Below are positions 56,401 to 64,000 of a stretch of DNA of 64,000 nucleotides, one piece after another (position 1 is the first letter of the stretch; every line of letters starts with the position of its first letter). This DNA comes from Chrysomallon squamiferum (Eukaryota; Animalia; Mollusca), in the NCBI GenBank assembly GCA_012295275.1, contig CM022669.1, positions 12,462,001-12,526,000 on the forward strand. The letters run 5' to 3'. Made by a program: the position numbers and the translations under genes. The notes below the pieces were generated by a model. That model saw nothing but the letters and a program-made list of their open reading frames with translations, had not been told where the DNA came from and made no database searches.

Positions 56401-57615
56401 TTACATATTAGTACATTTATCTTGTTATTGCAGTATTATGTTAGGAAGTCAGAAATTGTTTTTTTTCTGCATGCTTGCTTGTTTTTTATTTACATATTAG
56501 TACATTTACCTTGTTATAGCAGTATTATGTTAGGAAGTAAGAAATTGTTTTTTTCTGCATGCTTGCTTGTTTTTTATTTACATATTAGTACATTTACCTT
56601 GTTATAGCAGTATTATGTTAGGAAGTAAGAAATTGTTTTTTCTGCATGCTTGCTTGTTTTTTATTTACATATTAGTACATTTACCTTGTTATAGCAGTAT
56701 TATGTTAGGAAGTAAGAAATAGTTTTTTCTGCATGCTTGCTTGTTTTTTATTTACATATTAGTACATTTACCTTCTTATAGCAGTATTATGTTAGGAAGT
56801 AAGAAATTGTTTTTTCTGCATGCTTGCTTGTTTCTGTATCGCAGGTTTTCACATTCAAGTGACTGGTGTCAAAATACGATCAAATGAAGACAAAAACAGA
56901 ATTGTCATACCTGCTCCCATAGTTACAAGTGAATTAACTTATAACATTTTCTTTTCATCAATTGTTTCTACTGTTAATATTATTAACCTAAACTGTTATT
57001 TAAATGTAGCACTTTTCTTAAAATTAGTTTTCAGTTACTGATAATAACTTTTCATCTTCTTTTTTCTTATATTTTAAACTAATAGTTACTATCTTTATTG
57101 ATGTAAATTGTGTTTTTATTTTATTATCATTATATTATATTTATCATTGTTATTATTATTATTATTATTAGTTGTAGTAATAGTAGTAATAGTAGCAGCA
57201 ACAGCAGTAGTAGTAGTGGTAGTAGCAATGGTTGTAGTGCTAATGTAACATTATAACAGAATTTTCCTTCTGATGAAAACATTAAAACATGTATAGCTTG
57301 TCAAAAGAATATAATCAAAATACCAAATATTGAGAAAAATCTGGTTTAGTTGCTTTTAAAGTGTATAAACACTGCATATATATTTTCTTTTTTATCTGTC
57401 TTCAATTAATTATATACACTTAGTTGCTTTTGAAGTATATTTAGTTGTTAATACTTTCCTTTTATTTACTTTGTTAAAAAGTTGAGACTGTTTATTTTTC
57501 AGGTGGTTCATGCCAGGATAAATACAGGAACTGTAAAGTTGTAGTTCAGGCAAGACTGTGTTCTTATCATTATTACAAGAAAATTTGCTGTAAGTCTTGT
57601 CTGTCAGAGCACTAG
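37937..57615 (+). CDS. THSD4: THSD4/ADAMTSL6-like secreted ADAMTS-like protein (signal peptide, tail of Cys-rich domain, spacer, basic linker, 6 TSP1 repeats, PLAC), ~791 aa
   Basis: Exons 37937-37981, 48357-48549, 50048-50223, 51551-52280, 52661-52796, 53002-53206, 53522-53692, 54404-54580, 55085-55264, 55696-55861, 56845-56928 and 57503-57615 total 2376 nt in phase. The spacer reads [25 protein letters not shown]...[12 protein letters not shown]...AAGPTN...NPGIKYEF. Six W..W..CS..CG TSRs follow. [34 protein letters not shown] closely matches THSD4. No metalloprotease domain. The first two exon joins are less certain. Confidence 0.87.
37965..38520 (+). repeat. Degenerate tandem repeat derived from the THSD4 exon-1 donor region
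   Basis: True site taatattacag|gtaagaattttaatttcttgta. Copies: aatattgcag|gtaataattttaatttcttgta (~38105), aatattgcag|gcaat (~38221), actgtag|gcaat (~38341) and actgcag|gcaag (~38388). Confidence 0.75.
41448..41900 (+). repeat. ~25-31 bp minisatellite ctggtaatacagatatgtacttatat
   Basis: More than 10 degenerate copies. The first copy starts at a candidate donor ctg|gtaata. Confidence 0.8.
42820..42975 (+). mobile_element. Degenerate SINE core (MetaSINE/gastropod SINE-like)
   Basis: tttctcattcaaatcagtgctacaggactagctaataaaaggctatgat..gtatgttcccctgtgtatgagtaggtgcatatgaaagatcatttgctgctaa..gtggcagtgggtttcc. Related copies occur at ~32525 (-) and ~54210-54305 (+). Confidence 0.55.
45990..46400 (+). 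repeat. Degenerate (ACTC/TCAT) tetranucleotide-derived low-complexity tract
   Basis: Recurrent cactca/ttcact/actcatt motifs. Explains spurious ORF 45942-46343. Confidence 0.85.
47530..48372 (+). repeat. ~55-65 bp tandem repeat (~13 copies) made of the THSD4 intron-1 acceptor plus exon start
   Basis: Unit ataagaaataaatgtatttattttctacaatttcag|aatgtttttctgtatattttagctgtata. The final copy runs into the coding exon. Confidence 0.9.
48530..49020 (+). repeat. Degenerate tandem repeat derived from the THSD4 spacer-exon donor
   Basis: True site ccatcaaaaaattacatag|gttgtgtttttaat. Copies at ~48655, ~48813, ~48909 (cataaaaactacatag|gttgtatttttaat) and ~48968. Confidence 0.75.
50731..51436. mobile_element. 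Non-autonomous foldback/Mutator-like element with 15-bp subterminal repeats
   Basis: Left end ggggtgcatggccaattgctcactggacaatacctcactgg... carries 15-bp units (5-6 copies). The right end gtgagcaattgcccgtgtacgg is its reverse complement (shared caattgctcac). Confidence 0.55.
56200..56840 (+). repeat. ~87-89 bp tandem repeat (about 5 near-perfect + 2 degenerate copies) abutting a THSD4 acceptor
   Basis: Unit catgcttgcttgttttttatttacatattagtacatttaccttgttatagcagtattatgttaggaagtaagaaattgttttttctg. The last partial copy supplies the pyrimidine tract of the acceptor at 56844. Confidence 0.9.
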
Positions 57616-60198
57616 GATTTACAGACACAGACAGCCATCTAGTTTTTCACAGAGATTACCCAAGAATGCAGCAGCACTGTTAATTATTTGGAATCCGGTT
57701 TTATATTTCATTATTTTTACATGTTAATTTGTAATTTTATTTTATTTATATTTACTTGCAGAAGAAATGGCAAAATTTTGAATTCTGAGAATGTGACTGA
57801 AATAATGAATGAAAATGAATATAATTCACATTCGTTCAGTTTTGAATGAATAAATGTTATTTAGTGTATATTTATAGTATGCTAATGACCTATAGGGTCT
57901 GTCCATAAAAATATTTTACTGATGCTAAGATATATATTTTATTTTTTATATTTTTTAAAACTTGATTTATTTCACTCTTTCATCATGGTTATATCCTGAT
58001 TAATAACTTATAGGCACTATTTTAATTTTATTGTTATTTTTGTTTCTTTGAAAATTATAATCAAAGTTTGCATTTATTTTATATTAGCTATTTTTGCTTT
58101 TCACACATTTATCAAATAGAAAAAAAAAATTGAAAAGAAAAATTAAAATCCTTTGAGATTTATGTTACACTTGTGGTAATTATTCCAAATTCCAAAAGAA
58201 TTGTTATTTCTTTGTGTTTTTTCTAACTAAAATAAAACAACACATATCTAATTTTTGTGTCTTCTTGCAAAAAACAACAAAAATACCAATCTCCTAAGTC
58301 TCTTAGTATCTTGTTATGGCTGTTTAATTTCTACAACATAAATTCTATCACTGTGTGTGGTTTCATTTGTTTTCTTATGTGGAACTCATACATAGAATGT
58401 CAGTGGTGTGATGGCCATAAAAAACACTGTCTTGTTTTTTTTTTTTTCTTTTTTTTAATCTGTGTATTCAGAATTTGATAATATTAAGCAAAACAAAACA
58501 AAACAAAAATATTAATAATGATAATGATAATATAAATAATAATAAAAAAATAATTAAAAAATCTAGAAAAAACCCAATAAACTTATTGCTTGTAAAAACA
58601 TTAAAATAATTACATCTGTGATAATCAGATTTTCATATGTCACTCTTAAACTTGTTTTGGTTACCACTATTATTTTATTTATTATTATTATTATTATGCT
58701 GAGCCTAATCATGACAGTAAAACAATATAATGCTTTTTTTTTTTTAACTTTTTTCTTTTTGTTACAAATAATAAATTTCCAAAAGTACAGGCATATGTCA
58801 CCAACACCTTAATCAAAACTGTATGATCATACTTATCATCTATTGTTTTTAGGAGAAGAACATTTTCAGGGACTCGACTCTGTATTAATATCTTCATGTG
58901 TAATTATTAGAATTAACATAATGTAATGTTGAAAAATGACATTTCAAGAATAGTGACTTTTCACTAATGTAATTCTTCTTTCAAAATATTTATTAGCCTC
59001 ACTATTTTTCCTACTGATTCTTTAAGTTTATTTTTTTATTTATTTTTGTATAGAAATGCATATATCTTTTATTATTTAATGCATTTCTGGAAGAATTTGT
59101 GTTTGATTATATTTATTATCATTACTGTTGGTTTGCTGTGAATAGATATGTATGTTGTATGCTATTTTTTTGTTATTACTTTCACATCTTTAGTAATTTT
59201 AATATTCATATTGCTATAATTATTAATATCTGTGTAAAGAAAACTTTGAAATTGATGAACTGAGAAAAGTGTTTTATTTATATAAATAATCAATTTAAAA
59301 AAATTAAAAATCTGTGTTTTGATGTATATAAATTTAAATAATTTGTTGAATTAGTTGAGTGTACAAAGTGATCCTGAATGAAAGTACATTACAGTTAGTA
59401 AAGTTTAATTATTACTAACCTGCAGTTGGAAATGACAGAAAATATTTAAATGTGAAAAAACCCAGAATATCACTGTCAGTAGATATATATATTATGTATA
59501 TGTATATCTACACACACAAACACACTTACACATTTTTTTTTTTACTGAAATTGCTGTACATTTTTTTCTGTCCTTGGATCAAATAATTATGATTTTTGTT
59601 TTTCAGGGATGATTTTAAATACTTTTAATATTTGAATCCTGTCAGTTAAAATTAACATGTTAATAAATATTTTTATACCTATCCAAACAAATCTTGAATA
59701 CTTCCATTATGTACAAAGCCAATTATGTATAATTATATTAGTGTTTCTAATTTGTCCTCTCTTGTCTTTTGTCATTTTATATAGATGCATTTAATAAATA
59801 AATGTCAAAATGAAGAATAAATGCATTTTCTTCAATTTATTTTTTTCCCCTGTCAGTTAACTGTATGTTTTGTTTTTAATTTTCTTGCCCAGTGCAACAA
59901 AGAGATTATTTTCTTGAAAAAGATTGATGAAATAACACATTATCAGAGAATCATAAATTTTGCATCTCATATTTCATAAAAAATTTATGCAATGCAAAAT
60001 AAATAAAAATACTGTTTTTTTAACAGATCAATAACTTCTTTTATTATCAATGAAAACGTAACAATATTTTTAGTAACACTATACTGAAAGTTAAATGAAT
60101 GTTTGCATTAAAAAAGAAATCACTTTTCATTTCAGTAGAAATAAATATTTCGTTTAAATATTTTTAAAAAGCACTTTTGAATTTCACTTCAAAGTCTT

Positions 60199-60855
60199 TT
60201 AACATGACCTGTGCAATTGACAAAAGTCGAAACTGAATAATCTTCCAATATCAGAAACTTTGATGTGCTGATCATCTAAAATGTCTAATGCATCTTCATC
60301 ATCATCATCATTATCATCTTCCTCATCTTCATCATCATTAAAATGGTTGAGGAGTGACTCAGATTCAGTCTGTTTGTTGTAACAGTAGATGGTATACATA
60401 TCAATAAGTCCTTGGACAATAATTTGCCTCTGTATCAGCTGAAGTCCATTTGCAACATAACGACTGGGAGTTTGTATTGACAACTGCATAGAGATTCTGT
60501 GCATGTACTTGTCTGAAAGAAGAGAGAAACAGATTTTATGTATTAAGGAAGAACCAGAAAAAAAAAAAAAGAAAAAAAAAAGATAATTAATAACAGAAAT
60601 ACGAATATTATCGATACATCTGCATTATAAACATAAGTGAAATCAAACTATCAGTATGACAAAAAGAGATAAGGAAAATAGAATATTACTTAAAAAAAAT
60701 TGTCAGAAGGAATAAAAATCAGCTTAAATTTTTTTTTTATTCTGACTGGAATAAAATTGTTTTGGTTTTTTCAAAGTAATATATAGATACTCACTTAAAT
60801 ATTCCAGCTGATTTAGGGCAAGATTACAGCTCTGCAGAATGTTCATAATATCCAT
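60199..60855 (-). CDS. Small uncharacterised spliced protein (~124 aa) with helical N-terminal half and Asp/Glu-rich tail
   Basis: Exon 60855-60795 (ccag|ATG ... tta a|gtgagt) and exon 60512-60199 (tctttcag|) total 375 nt in phase: MDIMNILQSCNLALNQLEYLNKYMHRISMQLSIQTPSRYVANGLQLIQRQIIVQGLIDMYTIYCYNKQTESESLLNHFNDDEDEEDDNDDDDEDALDILDDQHIKVSDIGRLFSFDFCQLHRSC*. A probable upstream exon lies at 61102-60980. Confidence 0.6.
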
Positions 60856-63778
60856 CTGGAACATGTTGAATATAATAGTATTCATAAATAATGTTAACTT
60901 TTTGACTCAGAAAAAGATGTGTGTAAATGCAACTGACAGAAGCTGAAGTATTTTGTTTGTCCTCTCATATATATATTACTCCAGGAGTCAAGGAGGCCAC
61001 ATTTCCTATCAAAACATCTTGATCAGCACTTGGCTGCACTGTTCATTTCTGTACTGATCATCAGAACTTGAAAGGCAGTGTGATTAGTGTTTGCCAAAAC
61101 ATCTAAAATGATTAACAGTATTCTCATAAGGAATCACTTATCTGATTATCTGTTGTTTTACAGGATTAACAGTTTTCTTAATTATCTGATATTCTGTAGT
61201 TGTTTATCCTATCTTTGTTTCTGAGTGTACACAAGTGAACATAAATTTAATGAGTTTGTTTTGTCTAATTCAGGACTTGGATAATTTTGGTTTTGCTTTC
61301 AACTTCGTGTGAAGGTCTCTATACTTCATATCGTTTAGTTCAGTGTTCCGATATCGTTCCTTCTTTATTTTAGTTAGGTTTTTACCGAAATTAAATAATA
61401 ATGTTAACATAAAATAAAATTCATATAACGGAAATTGAATGGTCATTTTTTTTTTTTATAAATAAAGAATACATATTTATGTAGCTACGGGTAACTTTTC
61501 TTTGTTTATTTTAATTTTATTTAGGCCATTTATTTTTGAAGCTAAAAAAATAGTAACGAATGTATTCCTAAAATAAAATAGAATTAAGATTATTTATTTT
61601 TCTGCTGGAAATAAGCATTTACTTAAGAACAAAATGAACCTTTCTTCGTACTTTCGGTTATGCACGGCAATCGTTTTCAACAAAATACAAATATTTTGCT
61701 TTATAAAAGACAAAGATAATTATACAAGTGTAAATTAAGGAAGATAATTCATCCGACTTATCTAAAATATCTTAGTGATTAGAAAGGCCCTTATCTCTGC
61801 ATAAAATTTAACTACAAATTTAATTTATTAAATACACAAACAGTATAAAATAAATAAATCTAATTTGAAGACATTTGTTAACGTTTATTAATAATGTATT
61901 GTTCTTCTGTATAAATGGTATTATTAGTGTAACTGTTTTTGCGCGTTTTGATCCGTATATAAGTATATATATTGTATTTATTATTTCAGTGAAATCGTTC
62001 TTCTTCTCCAACGTCTTTGCGTATTAGAAATAGAATGGAAATATATATATATATATATATATATATAGAAAATACAACAAATATAATTCGTATTACGCAC
62101 CAAGTTCAACTCAGAACGTACAAACAGCTTACAAGAACAGTTTGCCGATTAGTACCATTAATTTTATCAACCATTTCAGCGCTAATGTTTTCCCCATTTC
62201 TCTACATATTAATGGATAAAAATATCTAAATGAAACCGTACAAAACGTTTCGGTGATTAAGAAGACTTAATATTGACGTTGTAACTGAATGTACTAATTT
62301 CGATAGGCAACAGTAACTGATATGCCGCTGTGAGCTATATTAATTTTGTAGTCGAATTTCAGTTGAGTTTTTATTAATTCTGCTATAAAATATCCTTGTA
62401 TCAATGAAATGAGCCCTTACGTCTTAGTTTTCGTAGCCTATTGCATATCATTATATTCTTACATTGATAACAAAGTTTATCTTCAGTTTATATTTTTAGC
62501 TGATATCGTTATAACCAAATAATTAATCAAAACTTTAATATGAAAAAAAAAATAATGAAAGTTTGGATACCATTAACAAGAATTTTTTTTTATTGTTTAT
62601 TTTATTTTTTTTTTAATTGTTGGTTTATGATTAAATACGAAACATATACAAACAACAAATATTAAGACTATTTTCCGAAAACAGTATTTTATGTAGTACG
62701 TCTTTTTGAGTATCGAAGGAATTAATTTAAATACTTCTTCTTCTTCTTATTATTATAGATGAGTATGTTTTCAATTTTTTTTTGAGAATTAAATTTATTG
62801 CTAATAACATGGCACTTTCATAGTGCCATATATAGGACAAATTAACCAAAGAGAGAATAAGTATATTAAGTGCTTTGTTAAACAAAACAATTCTTTTTTT
62901 TTTTTTTTTCTCAGAATAAACTTCATCTGTACACAAAGGTGTGAAATGGGTTAAAAGTCGCATTATCATTGGTCAGACTAAGATAAAAATAATTCCGGTT
63001 TCTTTTGTCGGTGAAGAAGCATCAATTAGTCTGTACTATATCCCTTTGAGACTGGTTGTAGATATACTAATAGATTTTTTTAAACCACTAATAAAAGCGA
63101 TTTACCACTTAAACCAATTCAATCAGTGATGCTATTGTTATATTCAGTTAGTGCGATAAAAACGGTCGAGTTGTAAAGTATAATTGATTCAAAACACTAA
63201 TAAGAATAAATAAAAAGTTGTTTGACCGTATTTTGTTTTGAATAAAAAATATCAGGATTAAAACGAAAAAGGGTTAAAAAAAATCAAGATCAAAACCTTA
63301 AACATCAGAAAAAAAAGAAAAAGAAAAAAAAGAGTAAAAACAGAAACCAGCTAAATTTAAAAAAAAAAAAAAAAAAAATGGTTATCTAAAAATGCCTATA
63401 TAAAGTATATATCTTGAGATATAAAAAAAAAAAAAAAAAAAAAATTAGTTATCTTACATTGAGAAATAATAAATCTGTATATGTATATTAAATACAACAG
63501 ATATATCCAGAAGTATCATTTCAAACGATCCGATTTCGAATACGTATTATATTTCCATCTATGTAAAATATCATACAGTTAAATTCATTAAACAACAGAC
63601 CACTTTCCATGGATTAATTTTCTTATCATCACAGTGGCTTCATAACTTTCAAACTTTTAACCGTGAAATTCGAATCTTAATATCTATTTTTATCCCTCTG
63701 GTTCATCCTTTATTCAGTTTGTGAATGTTTTGTGTATCAGCGATTCTTTAAAAAAAAAAAAAATTCTATTCCAAAATA

Positions 63779-64000
63779 TTAATTTTGAATTTCTACAGCA
63801 TTCAGCGTGTAAGTTTCCGTACGACAAATGAAATTTACTTCAGGTTCACGACGTCGTCTACGGCAGAATAACGCCAACATTTCACGGCGAAATCTCTGGC
63901 CGCTTAAGCAATATAAGACGAAGTTGATGCAGTTATTTGTATACTGCAGCATGTTCACTAAGCACCAAACAAGCTCACCAATTGCTTGGTCGTGTGGGCT
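63779..64000 (-). CDS. C-terminal part (TM7, helix 8, tail) of a rhodopsin-class peptide-receptor-like GPCR, truncated by the window edge
   Basis: Open frame from 64000: SPHDQAIGELVWCLVNMLQYTNNCINFVLYCLSGQRFRREMLALFCRRRRREPEVNFICRTETYTLNAVEIQN*. The NFxLY (NPxxY variant) + FRRE helix-8 signature is typical of FMRFamide-receptor/GPR139-like invertebrate GPCRs. It is absent from the ORF track. Confidence 0.85.
   Translation of the reverse strand, partial: SPHDQAIGELVWCLVNMLQYTNNCINFVLYCLSGQRFRREMLALFCRRRRREPEVNFICRTETYTLNAVEIQN

Noticed and set aside
56200-56840. Regular repeats superficially like a CRISPR array (also 47530-48372)
   Set aside because: Units are head-to-tail with no unique spacers, there are no cas genes, and they lie inside introns of a eukaryotic gene.
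60980-61102. In-frame TGC-TGA suggesting a selenocysteine codon
   Set aside because: That frame does not match the phase of the downstream exon, and no SECIS or selenoprotein motif was recognised.

Overview
AT-rich, microsatellite-dense eukaryotic (animal) genomic DNA. It is probably molluscan/gastropod; that is an inference from repeat types and gene style. By manual splicing I reconstruct five recognisable intron-containing genes, one orphan and one truncated gene. These are neugrin-like (-), DCP2 mRNA-decapping enzyme (+, with a clear U12-type minor intron), a GT61 glycosyltransferase ending in KTEL (+), CCDC124/Lso2 (-), a short THSD4/ADAMTSL6-like ECM protein (+; spacer, 6 TSR, PLAC), a small spliced orphan gene with an acidic tail (-) and the 3' end of a class A GPCR (-) at the right edge. 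Almost all other entries in the ORF track are microsatellite artefacts. The most striking unexplained pattern is that several intronic tandem repeats are built from copies of the neighbouring splice site plus exon edge, producing arrays of decoy donors/acceptors in at least two genes. No prokaryotic-type systems, CRISPR arrays, tRNA or rRNA genes were seen.
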